Notes: generated by a model not told the origin, from the letters alone. Positions 28,398-39,260 are shown, counted from the first letter of the stretch. The stretch: 64,000 nt of DNA from an uncultured delta proteobacterium (GCA_963798485.1 CAWCTR010000005.1:1-64000); one strand, 5' to 3'. Translations and numbers: made by a program.

Positions 28398-29030
28398 TCA
28401 ACCCGTTTTCCTGTATACCACCTGATCGGTCTGAGCAGGGGCGATGGCGGCCAGACTGCATTTTTCAGGGTGCTTTCCCGTTACGCCGGCATAGAAGGAG
28501 CAGATCTCCTGCATGTCGGCCTCGATATCCCCTGTAGGTATCACTGTGGGCCCGATGCCGCCCGCCTTCCGCCCATAGTCGACGAACCCCAGCACAATGG
28601 GGACATGTGCGCCTGCTGCAATATGGTAAAACCCGGTCTTCCAGTAGCTCACCTTGTTGCGGGTGCCCTCAGGGGGCACAATGATGACCAGGTTATCATG
28701 TGCGTTAAAGACATCAATAGTACTTGCCACTACATTATTCGTCGTGGACCGGTCGATGGGGATACCCCCCAGCCAGCGCATGAGGGAGCCGAAGGGCTTA
28801 TTGAAGAGTGAACGTTTGCCCATCCAATAGACCTTGGTCTTTAGGGAGAAGGCCAGGAACATGGTAATGGGGAAATCCCAGTTGGAGGTGTGGGGCGCGG
28901 CGATCATGACGCACTTGGGAATATCAGGCATTTGACCTTCGCAACGCCAATTAAATGCCTTCAGGTATGCACGGGAAATCCAATAGAGGACGGTCCTGAT
29001 AACAGGGGTGTCAAACACGGTATAATGCAT
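28398..29030 (-). CDS. PlsC-family acyltransferase
   Basis: APHTSNWD, GGIPIDR, PPEGTR. Confidence 0.92.
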   Translation of the reverse strand: MHYTVFDTPVIRTVLYWISRAYLKAFNWRCEGQMPDIPKCVMIAAPHTSNWDFPITMFLAFSLKTKVYWMGKRSLFNKPFGSLMRWLGGIPIDRSTTNNVVASTIDVFNAHDNLVIIVPPEGTRNKVSYWKTGFYHIAAGAHVPIVLGFVDYGRKAGGIGPTVIPTGDIEADMQEICSFYAGVTGKHPEKCSLAAIAPAQTDQVVYRKTG

Positions 29031-29375
29031 GGTGCTCCAATCTCGCGGTGCTTAAATATGATTGTAATTGTGGTTGCATATCATAAATACCGGTAAACCC
29101 GTGTAAAACTAGTGTGAATAGGGTGGGGTGGCTGAAATCTGAATTGTTCTATCAGGGCACCTCCCTTTCACAAAAGATTTGTGTTTTAGTTGCAACAGTA
29201 GGCAATGAATTGTAAGAAGACACAGATTTAAAGAATGTCCGGGGGATGCCGTTCTAAAGCTGCGACCGTTCCGGGACACCCAAGGCAATAGTAGTATGGT
29301 ATGATACTTGCTTAATCAGGGTATGACTGTTTGTCCCTTATCTGATCATTACCGCATCACAATAATAGGGAGAAA

Positions 29376-30332
29376 ATGAGAAAAGTTAATAAATATTTAT
29401 ATATTCCAGCCATGGTGTTTTTATTCATTACAAGTGCAACATGGTTTATACCGGTTGATGTATTCGGAACAAATGGGGATGACAACAGTCGTTCATTGTC
29501 TATAGACCCTGAGTTCAAGCCTCGGTTAGGCAAATACTTTTATAATGTTAATTTTAACAGTGTGAATATCGGTAATGCAAATATAACAATTGATCGTGAT
29601 GGAGATCTCTATAAGGTGCAGGTCAAGGCCCAATCCATCGGTCTGGTAGATAGTCTGTACAGACTTCGTTACAGGGGGGAAGCCATTATGGGAACCGATC
29701 CTCTGTCTCCGGTTGAGACGAAGATGCAGCAAGAGGTGAGATCCACGGAAAAGGACACGACCATGAAATTTCAAGATAACGGTACAATTAGAACCGTAGA
29801 GAAAAAATCGGAAAATGGTAATACGGTTACCTATGATGTGCATAAGATTCAAACAGATAGGTTTACCATGGATCCGTTTTCCGCAACTTATCTGGTGCGA
29901 GGGCTTGACTGGAAAGTCGGGGTGGAGAAGGTCTTCGATGTTTATCCGGGAAAATACCAGTATGAGTTGCGGCTTAAGTGTGACAGTCTGGTTACTATTG
30001 ATATCATTGGTGAGAAGCGCAAGGCCTGGGTCATTATTCCCACGGTGACAAACCTTGACCCGGAACAAAGGGCAGAGGCATTAAAAAAGAAACCGATGAA
30101 TACGAAGATATATGTTTCTGCCGATGAGCTTAAGGATGTGCTCAAGATCGAAGCCAGCCATACATTGGGGAACTTCAGGGTCCTTATGGTAAGGTTTGAT
30201 CCTGCGGTGGAAGCGCCCAAAGAAGTTGCCCCGATCAGTAAGGAAGTAAATGTCCCGGCCGGTCAAGTGGATATCAAGGGTAAGGGTGAAGATGTACCAA
30301 ATAAACCGGAAGGGACACCTGAAAGTAATTGA
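29376..30332 (+). CDS. Exported protein, DUF3108-like
   Basis: Signal peptide; G.A.I, S.GLVD.LY, DPFSA.Y.VR. Confidence 0.65.
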   Translation: MRKVNKYLYIPAMVFLFITSATWFIPVDVFGTNGDDNSRSLSIDPEFKPRLGKYFYNVNFNSVNIGNANITIDRDGDLYKVQVKAQSIGLVDSLYRLRYRGEAIMGTDPLSPVETKMQQEVRSTEKDTTMKFQDNGTIRTVEKKSENGNTVTYDVHKIQTDRFTMDPFSATYLVRGLDWKVGVEKVFDVYPGKYQYELRLKCDSLVTIDIIGEKRKAWVIIPTVTNLDPEQRAEALKKKPMNTKIYVSADELKDVLKIEASHTLGNFRVLMVRFDPAVEAPKEVAPISKEVNVPAGQVDIKGKGEDVPNKPEGTPESN

Positions 30333-30538
30333 AGATCCGTCGTCTGCTTAAACCTTATTGAATACCATGCTTCAATCAGGGCATTTCTTGGGTCATAGTA
30401 TTTTCTTGTCCTCAGCTCAATGTTACCCTCGTAGGACTGACAATCATCGTTGATCATATGATATTGTAAAGGACTTATTGGTGACTATATTGGACATGTA
30501 AAGGAAGGACTTGCAAACAGAGTTTGGTAGAGGGGCAT

Positions 30539-33430
30539 ATGACTATGAGCGATAAGAAAAAATTAAAGTCACAGCTCATAAGCGAGCTTGCCGCGATGCG
30601 TCAGCATATGGCCGAGCTGGAAAGAATCACATACGAGCAGAGGTCAGCCGGAGAGGCCCTTCGCTCAAGTGAGGAGCGTTATCGGGCCGTGGTGGAGGAC
30701 CAGACTGAGGTCATCACCCGATTCAAGGCCGACGGGACCATAACGTTCGTGAATGATGTATTCTGCCGTTTCTTCGGAAAGAAGCAGGAGGAACTTGTCG
30801 GCCACAGCTGGCACTCGGAGGCAGTCGTCGAGGACATACCCATGATCGAGCAGAGATTGAGGACCTTGTCTCTTGACAATCCGGTCGTGGTGATCGAGAA
30901 CCGTGTCTACTCCGGAACAGGCCACGTCCGCTGTATGCAGTTCGTCAACCGCGGTTTTTTCGACGCAGAGGGTCTGCTGGTGGAGACCCAGGCCGTGGGC
31001 CGGGACGTCACCGAGCGCAAGCGGGCCGAAGAGGCGTTGCGGGCTGCTTCGCTTTATTCACGCAAGCTCATAGAAACCAGCCTTGATCCTTTGGTTACCA
31101 TCAGCTCAGGAGGGAAAATCACTGACGTCAACACAGCCACTGAGAAGATTACCGGCATGAGCCGGGAGGGGCTCATCGGGAGTGATTTCGCGGATTACTT
31201 CACCGAACCCGAAAGGGCCCGTGCAGGATACTTGAAGGTATTTGAACAGGGGCAAGTCATTGATTATCCGCTTACCATTCGCCATACATCAGGCGCGGTT
31301 ACCGAGGTGCTCTATAACGCTTCCGTCTACCGAAATGAACAAGGCGAGGTTAACGGTGTTTTCGCAGCGGCCCGCGACATTACAGGGCGCAAACGGACGG
31401 AGGAAGCGCTGCGGGCGAGCGAGCAGAAATACCGGACGCTCTTTGAAGAGTCTTTCGATGGCCTCTTTATTACTTCCCCTGCCGGAAAAATCCTCGACAT
31501 GAACAAAAAGGGTATCCTGATGTTCGGTTATGACACAAAAGAGGAAATCTTGAACCTTGATTTGGAGCGGGATGTCTATGCCTGTCCTCCGGATAGAGAG
31601 TGGATACTGGCCATGGTCAGTGCGCAGGGTACCGCCGAATATGAGGTAGTCGTCAAGAAAAAGAGCGGCGAACAGATGATGACGCACTGCTCTTTAACCG
31701 CGGTAAGAGAAGAACAGGGCGTGATTACGGCCTACCGGGGCATCATCCGCGACATCACCGAGCGCAAGCGGGCGGAAGAGGCATTGCGCTCTGTCTCGCT
31801 GTACATGCGCAGTCTGATAGAAGCAAGCCTTGATCCGTTTGTGACCATCAGTCCAGACGGTAAGATCACCGATGTGAACCAGGCAACCGAGTCGGTTGCA
31901 GGTGTCCCACGCGAGCGCCTGATCGGCAGAGATTTCTCCGACTATTTCACCGAACCTGAAAAAGCCAGAGACGGATACCACACAGTGCTGGTAGATGGCT
32001 TGGTAAGGGATTACCCGCTCACGATTCGGCATACGTCAGGCAAAACAACCGATGTACTGTACAATGCGACGGTTTACAGAAACGGGTCAGGAGAAATGCA
32101 AGGCGTTTTTGCGGCCGCGCGTGACGTTACCGAGCGCAAGCGGGCCGAAGAAGCGTTGCGACAGTCGGAGCGCAGAAAGACGATCCTGAACCGGATCGCA
32201 AACGTCTTTCTCACCGTCCCGGACGTAGAGACATACGGTGAGGTGTTGACAATCGTTCTTGATGAAATGGAAAGCAAGTACGGCGTTTTTGGGTTCATTG
32301 CGGACAATGGGGACCTGGTCGTACCAAGCATGACCAAAGAAATATGGTGTGATTGTCAGGTCCCTAACAAGACAATTGTCTTTCCATCAACTACCTGGGG
32401 CGATAGTATTTGGGGAAGAGCGATCAGAGAGCAAAAGACTTTCTACTCCGATGGCCCCTTTCATATACCGGATGGCCACATTCACATTAACAGTTTTCTC
32501 ACGGCACCGATTGTCTTTGGAAACAAGACCATAGGGTTGCTTTCCGTTGCCAATCGAGTACGAGGTTATACCGAAGAGGACAAGGACTTGCTGGAGAGCA
32601 TTACCCATTACATCTCCCCCATTCTCAACGCGCGGTTACAAAGAGACCAGCTAGAAAAGGAGCGCAAACTGGCGGAAGACGAAATCCACAAACTCAATCA
32701 GGAACTAGAACAGCGCGTAGCCGAGCGCACCGCGCAACTCAAAGCGGCGAACAATGAACTGGAGGCTTTTGCCTACTCGATCTCGCACGACCTGCGCGCG
32801 CCGCTGCGCCATATCGACGGCTTTCTGGAATTGCTCCAGGAGCGGATCGCGGCGACACTGGACGAACAGAGCCGGCACTATATGGCAACCATCTCCGACT
32901 CGGCAAGGCGCATGGGCATGTTGATTGACGACCTTCTCTCCTTCTCCCGGATGGGGCGTTATGAGATGTCCAAATTTCAAGTTGACCTTGGGGTTCTGGT
33001 CCAGGAGGTCATCAGGGAATTAGAGCCGGAGACACATGACAGAGCCATCCATTGGCGCATCGAAGACCTTCCAGTGGTCACCGGGGATCGCGCCATGTTG
33101 CGGATCGTGCTGGTCAATTTGATATCGAATGCACTGAAATTCACCCGGCCGTGTCCGCAACCGGAAATCGAGATCGGCTGTCTGCCAAGCCGGGAAACAC
33201 AGACGACAGTATTCGTACGCGATAACGGCGTGGGCTTTGATATGAAGTATGCCGACAAACTCTTTGGCGTCTTTCAACGCTTGCACCGCACCGATGAATT
33301 TGAAGGCGTCGGGATCGGCCTGGCAAATGTTCGCCGGATCATCAAACGGCACGGCGGCAAAACGTGGGCTGAAGGGCAACTCAACCAGGGCGCCACGGTT
33401 TATTTTTCACTTCCCCAGCCTAATCAGTAG
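30539..33430 (+). CDS. Multi-PAS/GAF sensor histidine kinase
   Basis: Repeated RDVTERKRAEEAL PAC ends; FAYSISHDLRAPLR, NLISNALKF, DNGVGF, GIGLA. Confidence 0.95.
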   Translation: MTMSDKKKLKSQLISELAAMRQHMAELERITYEQRSAGEALRSSEERYRAVVEDQTEVITRFKADGTITFVNDVFCRFFGKKQEELVGHSWHSEAVVEDIPMIEQRLRTLSLDNPVVVIENRVYSGTGHVRCMQFVNRGFFDAEGLLVETQAVGRDVTERKRAEEALRAASLYSRKLIETSLDPLVTISSGGKITDVNTATEKITGMSREGLIGSDFADYFTEPERARAGYLKVFEQGQVIDYPLTIRHTSGAVTEVLYNASVYRNEQGEVNGVFAAARDITGRKRTEEALRASEQKYRTLFEESFDGLFITSPAGKILDMNKKGILMFGYDTKEEILNLDLERDVYACPPDREWILAMVSAQGTAEYEVVVKKKSGEQMMTHCSLTAVREEQGVITAYRGIIRDITERKRAEEALRSVSLYMRSLIEASLDPFVTISPDGKITDVNQATESVAGVPRERLIGRDFSDYFTEPEKARDGYHTVLVDGLVRDYPLTIRHTSGKTTDVLYNATVYRNGSGEMQGVFAAARDVTERKRAEEALRQSERRKTILNRIANVFLTVPDVETYGEVLTIVLDEMESKYGVFGFIADNGDLVVPSMTKEIWCDCQVPNKTIVFPSTTWGDSIWGRAIREQKTFYSDGPFHIPDGHIHINSFLTAPIVFGNKTIGLLSVANRVRGYTEEDKDLLESITHYISPILNARLQRDQLEKERKLAEDEIHKLNQELEQRVAERTAQLKAANNELEAFAYSISHDLRAPLRHIDGFLELLQERIAATLDEQSRHYMATISDSARRMGMLIDDLLSFSRMGRYEMSKFQVDLGVLVQEVIRELEPETHDRAIHWRIEDLPVVTGDRAMLRIVLVNLISNALKFTRPCPQPEIEIGCLPSRETQTTVFVRDNGVGFDMKYADKLFGVFQRLHRTDEFEGVGIGLANVRRIIKRHGGKTWAEGQLNQGATVYFSLPQPNQ

Positions 33431-33441
33431 GGAGCATAACC

Positions 33442-33480
33442 ATAGAAAAACGCAGACGCATTCTTCTTGTGGAAGATGAT
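33442..33480 (+). pseudogene. Remnant N-terminus of a response regulator
   Basis: GGAG RBS then ATA-EKRRRILLVEDD; similarity stops there. Confidence 0.55.
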
Positions 33481-33518
33481 CACGGTGGTCTTTTATCGTC
33501 ATTCGGAAGGAGGTGGAT

Positions 33519-35978
33519 ATGGTGGACCAGATAGTCCGTGTCCTGCACCTGGAAGATAATGCAGCTGATGCAGAGCTCGTCCACGCGACGCTCGAATCGG
33601 TCGGCATCTCCTGTGAGATCACCCCTGTCCAAACGCGGGAAGAATACAGTGATTCCTTACGTAAGGGTGGATACGATATAATTCTCGCAGATTATCGGCT
33701 TCCGGGGTATGAGGGCATGTCGGCACTGCGGCTGACACAGGAACTATGTCCCCATATTCCCTTTATCTTCGTCTCCGGAACCATGGGCGAGGATGCTGCG
33801 ATCGAGGCTCTTACCGAAGGCGCGACGGATTATGTGCTCAAACAGAAGCTTTCACGTCTTGCCCCGGCGATCAAACGGGCGTTATACGAGGCTGAGAACC
33901 AACGGGAGCGCAAGCGAGCAGAGGAACGACTCGCCAAACTGAACGAGCGCTTTCTCATGTTTGGGGCCGATCCGCTCGCCAATATCAACCTGCTTGTTGC
34001 TCTTTGCGGAGAGTTGATGGGTGCCACGTGTGCGCTCTACAACCGCCTCCAGGGTGATATGCTCTGTTCTCTCGGACAGTGGAATACTCCTCAGGGTTAT
34101 CGGTCTACCGATCTTCCGGAGGGACACATCTGCTATGATGTCATCAACTCCACTAACGATAGTATTGTTTTCATCAGTAATCTGCAGGACTCACCCTATG
34201 CCCGGACAGATCCCAACGTCCGACTGTACCAGCTGAAAACGTACATTGGTAAGGCAGTGAAATTCGGAGGCGAAAACGTCGGTTCCCTATGTATCGTGTT
34301 TCAACATGATGTCATTCCAAGCGATAATGATATGCATTTGATGGACCTCATCGCATCGGCAATCGGAGTAGAGGAGGATCGCAAACGGGCGGAAGAAGCG
34401 CTGCGGGAGAGTGAGGCCAAGTACCGGGCCCTGACGGAAAAGATTAACGACGTAGTCTGGACAATGAATATCGATCGAACCCTTACCTATATCAGCCCTT
34501 CTGTCGAAAAGGCCCTGGGCTATACCCCGGAGGAACTGATAGGGCACAATGCAGGAGAAATCCTGACTTCTGAATCTCTTGCTCATGCCATGGAAATACA
34601 GGGAAAAGAGCTGGACCGTGACGGACAGGAAGGGGTTGACCCGTACAGGTCCGTTTTGTACGAGATAGCATATAATCACAAAAACGGCTCAATCGTCTGG
34701 TTTGAAAACGTTGCAAGCGCCATCCGGGACGATCGTGGACGGATCATAGGGATCCAAGGTGTATCCCGCGACATCACCGAGCGCAAGCGAGCGGAGGAGG
34801 AGAAGGCGAAGCTTGAGTCCCAAAGCCGGCAACTCCAGAAGGCCGAAAGCCTGACCCGTATGGCCGGGGCCATAGCCCATCACTTCAACAACCAGCTCCA
34901 AGCAGTGATAGGTAACCTGGAACTGGCCATGGTGGACTTGCCACGGGGTAAGGACCCTGCCGAGAGTCTTATCGCAGCCATGCTGGCAGCCGGCAAGGCA
35001 GCTGAGGTGAGCGGATTGATGCTGGCCTATCTTGGACAAACGCCAAGCAAATTTGAGCCGTTGGATCTTTCCGAGACCTGCCGACGATGCCTGCCCATGC
35101 TCCTGGTCTCCATACCAAAAGGTGTGGTACTTCAGACCGATTTGCCTTCACCCGGGCCGACCATCAACGCAAACGAGAACCAGATACAACGGGCCCTGAC
35201 CAACCTGGTCACCAATGCCAGAGAGGCCGTCGGTGAGGCAGGGGGTACCATTAATCTGAGAGTCAAAACGGTTTCCCCATCGGAAATTCCCGCATCGCAC
35301 CGCTTTCCCATCGGCTGGCAGCCGAAGGACCTTGCATATACCTGCCTTGAAATAATAGACGCGGGGTGCGGGGTCGCGCACAATGATATCGAAAAGCTTT
35401 TCGATCCGTTTTTCTCCAGTAAGTTTACCGGCCGTGGCCTGGGCCTGCCCGTGGTCCTGGGGATTGTACGGGCACACCATGGAGCTATCACGGTGGAGAG
35501 CGATCCGGGCCGGGGGAGCGCCTTTCGGGTCTTTTTACCGGTATCGGCTGAAGAAGTCCTCCGGCAGCCGGACGAAACGGCCAAAATCACTAAATTTGAA
35601 AGGGGCGGCACGGTACTGCTGGTCGAAGACGATGAGTTGGTGCGCAACATGACCGCGACTATGCTCACGCGCCTGGGGTTTACGGTTTTCGAAGCAAAGG
35701 ACGGTGTGGAGGCTGTGGAGGTGTTCCGGCAACGCAAGGATGAAATTCGTTTCGTCCTTTGCGATCTGACCATGCCACGAATGGATGGCTGGGAGACACT
35801 CACAGCGCTCCGCAAAATCACGCCCGACATCCCGGTGATACTGGCCAGCGGTTATGATGAGACTAAGGTCATGGCAGGCGACCATCCCGAATGGCCCCAG
35901 GCCTTTTTAGGGAAGCCTTATAAGCTTAAGGCGCTTAACTACGCAATTTGCCATGCCCTGGTCAACAGAAAGAAATGA
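33519..35978 (+). CDS. Hybrid sensor kinase REC-GAF-PAS-HK-REC
   Basis: LHLED..ADY, AGAIAHHFNN, NLVTNA, GRGLGL, VLLVEDD..CDLTMP. Confidence 0.95.
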   Translation: MVDQIVRVLHLEDNAADAELVHATLESVGISCEITPVQTREEYSDSLRKGGYDIILADYRLPGYEGMSALRLTQELCPHIPFIFVSGTMGEDAAIEALTEGATDYVLKQKLSRLAPAIKRALYEAENQRERKRAEERLAKLNERFLMFGADPLANINLLVALCGELMGATCALYNRLQGDMLCSLGQWNTPQGYRSTDLPEGHICYDVINSTNDSIVFISNLQDSPYARTDPNVRLYQLKTYIGKAVKFGGENVGSLCIVFQHDVIPSDNDMHLMDLIASAIGVEEDRKRAEEALRESEAKYRALTEKINDVVWTMNIDRTLTYISPSVEKALGYTPEELIGHNAGEILTSESLAHAMEIQGKELDRDGQEGVDPYRSVLYEIAYNHKNGSIVWFENVASAIRDDRGRIIGIQGVSRDITERKRAEEEKAKLESQSRQLQKAESLTRMAGAIAHHFNNQLQAVIGNLELAMVDLPRGKDPAESLIAAMLAAGKAAEVSGLMLAYLGQTPSKFEPLDLSETCRRCLPMLLVSIPKGVVLQTDLPSPGPTINANENQIQRALTNLVTNAREAVGEAGGTINLRVKTVSPSEIPASHRFPIGWQPKDLAYTCLEIIDAGCGVAHNDIEKLFDPFFSSKFTGRGLGLPVVLGIVRAHHGAITVESDPGRGSAFRVFLPVSAEEVLRQPDETAKITKFERGGTVLLVEDDELVRNMTATMLTRLGFTVFEAKDGVEAVEVFRQRKDEIRFVLCDLTMPRMDGWETLTALRKITPDIPVILASGYDETKVMAGDHPEWPQAFLGKPYKLKALNYAICHALVNRKK

Positions 35979-36017
35979 GTGTCTTTTGACAAGTGAACTT
36001 GGCTATGAAAAAATTGA

Positions 36018-36422
36018 TTAGCGGGAGCCGATAACTTTCTCCAGTTCCTGCACATGCTCTTCATCGGTAAGGAAGCCGTCATCTACAATGAACTCTTCCT
36101 TGTCTGCAACTATCCTGAGATAGAGCTCATTGTCATTAAACCATCCTTTTCTGCCTCCCTCTACGCGGGTTACATCCGATTTTCGGATAGTCCAGTTCCG
36201 GAATCCCCTGTGTATGATCTTTTCATCATCAATTTCAAGGTAATGACCCTGGCCTTTCCGTATAACCCAACCGCCCATCAAGAAGACGGCACCGCATAAG
36301 AAAGGTATTATTCCGGAATCAAGTCCTGACTCGGAAATAACCAAGGAAAGACAAACAACACCAATGACCAGTGGGATGATATATACATATTTTCTTTTAT
36401 GAAATTGCTTGTAATACCGCAT
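36018..36422 (-). CDS. Small membrane protein (2 TM + PH-like domain)
   Basis: Two hydrophobic segments then a beta-rich region. Confidence 0.6.
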   Translation of the reverse strand: MRYYKQFHKRKYVYIIPLVIGVVCLSLVISESGLDSGIIPFLCGAVFLMGGWVIRKGQGHYLEIDDEKIIHRGFRNWTIRKSDVTRVEGGRKGWFNDNELYLRIVADKEEFIVDDGFLTDEEHVQELEKVIGSR

Positions 36423-36574
36423 CAGCCCTTCTCCGACGTTACTTAAAACCCTTTTGCTCAGTAAATATGCAAGTTACTTATCGGTATTGATGTTAGCCGA
36501 AATAAATATTGTTATAACGTGGCGGCAGATGATAACATCGTTACATTAAGAGGTTGTAAGGAAAGGAAGACTTT

Positions 36575-36676
36575 ATGGCCAAATCACAGGATACCAGAAA
36601 ACAAGAGAAGAAAAAGCCGCAGAAGACTACGAAAGAGAAGAAACTGGCAAAGCTTGAGAAGAAAAAGGGTAGATAA
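36575..36676 (+). CDS. 33-aa Lys-rich small protein
   Basis: MAKSQDTRKQEKKKPQKTTKEKKLAKLEKKKGR; AAGGA RBS. Confidence 0.6.
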   Translation: MAKSQDTRKQEKKKPQKTTKEKKLAKLEKKKGR

Positions 36677-36750
36677 CCCATCACTTAAGCCGGTAGACTG
36701 GGTTGAACTTGAGAAACCCGACATCAGGCCGAATTTAAAAAGTCAAGATC

Positions 36751-36808
36751 TGTAGGAGCGGCTTCAGCCGCGATAGAATCCTTTATCACTCCTGAAGGCG
36801 CCCCTACA
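36751..36808. repeat. GTAG-family REP doublet (second copy degenerate)
   Basis: TGTAGGAGCGGCTTCAGCCGCGAT ... CCCCTACA. Confidence 0.8.
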
Positions 36809-36845
36809 GCTTGCGAAACCGATTATGTCCTGTTCAATTTAAACC

Positions 36846-38342
36846 CTACCGGACCTCTACCTGAATATACCCGGTCTGGCCGGTCCGGTGGTCAACGACG
36901 AATATGGTGATCCCCTGACGAGACGGTAGTGCATTCACGACGGATACGAATTTCTCCACGCTGTCTATGGGCTGGTCGTTTATCTTAAGGATCAGGTCAT
37001 CCACCTCAAAACCTGCCTTGGAAAGAGGCCCTTTCGGATCGAGCCAGTTTATGACGACTCCCTGGTTCTGATCGAGGCCGTATTGGGATACCTCAGTGTC
37101 TTTCAAAGGCCTCACGTCCACTCCCAGCTTGTCCCTCAGCGAGGCTGCCATAATCTTGGCTGCATCACCGAGGTTCCCGACCTTTACTGCAATGGTGAGC
37201 CTCTTTCCATCGCGCATGATGCCGAGGTTCACCTCTTTGCCGATAGGGATTCCTGCCACCAGGTTCCTCAGTTCGCCGGAATCCGCAATAGCCTTTCCCT
37301 CCAGGGTCATGATCACGTCACCCGGCTTTATTCCTGCCTTGGCTGCAGGGCCTTCCTTTACCACATCCATCACGTAGGCACCCTTTGGAGCAGTGAGCTT
37401 GAGAGATTTCATCTTATCAAAAGAGATATCCTGGAGTGATATCCCAAGCCAGCCCCGCTGGACCTTGCCTGTTCCCATTAAGGACTTTGCTATATGCAGC
37501 GCCATGTTGCTCGGTATGGCGAATCCAAGCCCTTCAGAACCGCCTGATTGCGAGGCGATGATGGAATTCACCCCGATGACCTGGCCGTCAAGGTTGAGCA
37601 GCGGGCCTCCGCTGTTGCCCGGGTTTATCGCTGCATCGGTCTGGAGGAAGTCCTGGTATGTGCTCGGGTCGCTTATACCCTGTCTGTGCTTGGCGCTTAT
37701 GATGCCCTGGGTCACGGTCTGGTCAAGACCCCGCGGGTGGCCGATGGCCACAACCCATTCCCCTACCTGGACCTTGTCTGAATCACCGAAGGTGACATAG
37801 GGGAGCCTTTCCTTTGTGGACACCTTTATAACGGCAAGGTCCGTCTTCGGATCGGTGCCGACGACCTTGGCCTGGTACTGGCTTTCATTGGAGAGGATTA
37901 CCTGTATCTGGGTCGCACCGGCCACGACATGGTTATTGGTAAGGATGTAACCGTCCTGGTTGATGATCATGCCTGTGCCGATCCCTTTCAGCTCGCGTTT
38001 GAATTTTCTGGGGCCTTGGGGAAAATCAAAGAACCTTCGGAAGAACGGGTCACCCTCAAACTGGGAGAACGGGTTAGCGACCTCCTGCCTTTGCATCACC
38101 TCGATATGCACGACCGCAGGGATATTCTTGTCGGCTACATTGATGATGGCATTACGGAAGTCCCTCTCGTTCATTGGCGCCTTTGTAGGCGGGGCCTGCG
38201 TCACCTGTGTGACAACCGTTGATTCGCCATGGCTCGCAGGTGCCGGGCTTGCGGGTTGCGGTGCCTCCTTCTTTGTGCAGGCGCCTATGAACAAACTCAA
38301 GACAAGGATGAGTGCGATGAGGTAATGAGGATAGCGTTTCAT
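36846..38342 (-). CDS. degP: HtrA/DegP-family serine protease, two PDZ domains
   Basis: LTNNHVV, DPKTDLAV, TDAAINPGNSGGPL. Confidence 0.95.
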   Translation of the reverse strand: MKRYPHYLIALILVLSLFIGACTKKEAPQPASPAPASHGESTVVTQVTQAPPTKAPMNERDFRNAIINVADKNIPAVVHIEVMQRQEVANPFSQFEGDPFFRRFFDFPQGPRKFKRELKGIGTGMIINQDGYILTNNHVVAGATQIQVILSNESQYQAKVVGTDPKTDLAVIKVSTKERLPYVTFGDSDKVQVGEWVVAIGHPRGLDQTVTQGIISAKHRQGISDPSTYQDFLQTDAAINPGNSGGPLLNLDGQVIGVNSIIASQSGGSEGLGFAIPSNMALHIAKSLMGTGKVQRGWLGISLQDISFDKMKSLKLTAPKGAYVMDVVKEGPAAKAGIKPGDVIMTLEGKAIADSGELRNLVAGIPIGKEVNLGIMRDGKRLTIAVKVGNLGDAAKIMAASLRDKLGVDVRPLKDTEVSQYGLDQNQGVVINWLDPKGPLSKAGFEVDDLILKINDQPIDSVEKFVSVVNALPSRQGITIFVVDHRTGQTGYIQVEVR

Positions 38343-38460
38343 GGGTTCTCCTTTTCCATGGCAATAAAAATTTAATTATCAATAGTACCGTGTTTGAAAA
38401 ATCTCAAGGTCTTAAATGACGAACTTTTTCCCTGCATGAAATGAAAATAGATGACAAAGT

Positions 38461-38967
38461 ATGCAACGCTGTCATAAAATAACAATTATGGAAGCAGCAC
38501 GCTCAGATAGTATTCAAATTCCGGCCCTGGGATACGACCCCGGGGTAAGCCTCCCAAGCACTGTTGAGAACGCCTTCGTGGAAGTCGAGGAGGGCGGCAA
38601 AAAGAAATTCGTATCTGCCACATCAACCCTGGTGCATGACGGCATGGCCGTTTACACCGATTTCGAAGACCTGACCGGTTATCGCAATATATATCTCCGG
38701 TCCCTGCTCAAGAATCATTGCGGCGACTGCATCGGCATACAGTGCTATATCCAAGGATCGTGGCGTCTTCTGGAAGGCCTTGCTGCCGAATTGAGGCGGC
38801 GCAGGCTGTCCGAGCGGTTCAGGATCAAAGCTCGGTTATGCACCGTCCAATACGAAGGTGGGCCGAATGTCGTAATCGGCAAGAAGATCGTCAGCCAGGT
38901 TGATACGGCAACCGCTTCTGCGTTTATCGATGCCCATCTAATGCAGTTGCTCGAGGGGAAACAGTAG
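38461..38967 (+). pseudogene. Decayed, internally deleted Fe-S oxidoreductase/hydrogenase subunit
   Basis: TIMEAA...IPAL...VEVE...GMAVYT...HCGDC joined to a thioredoxin-like C..GS...GPNV tail; most Cys ligands missing. Confidence 0.6.
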
Positions 38968-38984
38968 TCAGGAGAGTAAGGTAT

Positions 38985-39260
38985 ATGATCATTGTAACTA
39001 TTTGCGTCGGCAGCTCGTGCAGCATTCGCGGTTCGGACGAGCTTGCCTCCGAGATCCAGCGTTTCATTGAAAAAGAGGGCCTGGAGGGACTGGTGGACAT
39101 TGTCGGTTCCTTCTGCAGGGACACCTGTTCCAAAGGGGTGTCCATTCATGTCGGTGACCGTGCGTTCAGCGGCATCCGTCCTGAAGGCGCCGAGGCGTTT
39201 TTTTATAAAGAGATCATGCCATACGTAAACAGTGACTTATTGTACAAAAAAGATACATGA
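38985..39260 (+). CDS. Thioredoxin-like 2Fe-2S protein (HfsA-like)
   Basis: ICVGSSCSIRGS, GSFCRDTC. Confidence 0.85.
   Translation: MIIVTICVGSSCSIRGSDELASEIQRFIEKEGLEGLVDIVGSFCRDTCSKGVSIHVGDRAFSGIRPEGAEAFFYKEIMPYVNSDLLYKKDT

Noticed and set aside
29200-29290. GC-rich hairpin as a c-di-GMP riboswitch
   Set aside because: Lacks the GNRA-capped stem and GCAAA core; an Rfam scan would be needed.
31000-34800. Repeated GAC(A/G)TCACCGAGCGCAAGCG and duplicated PAS blocks
   Set aside because: Ordinary PAS/PAC domain repetition in sensor kinases.
36519-36755. 78-aa ORF
   Set aside because: The overlapping 33-aa frame has the RBS and a coherent composition.
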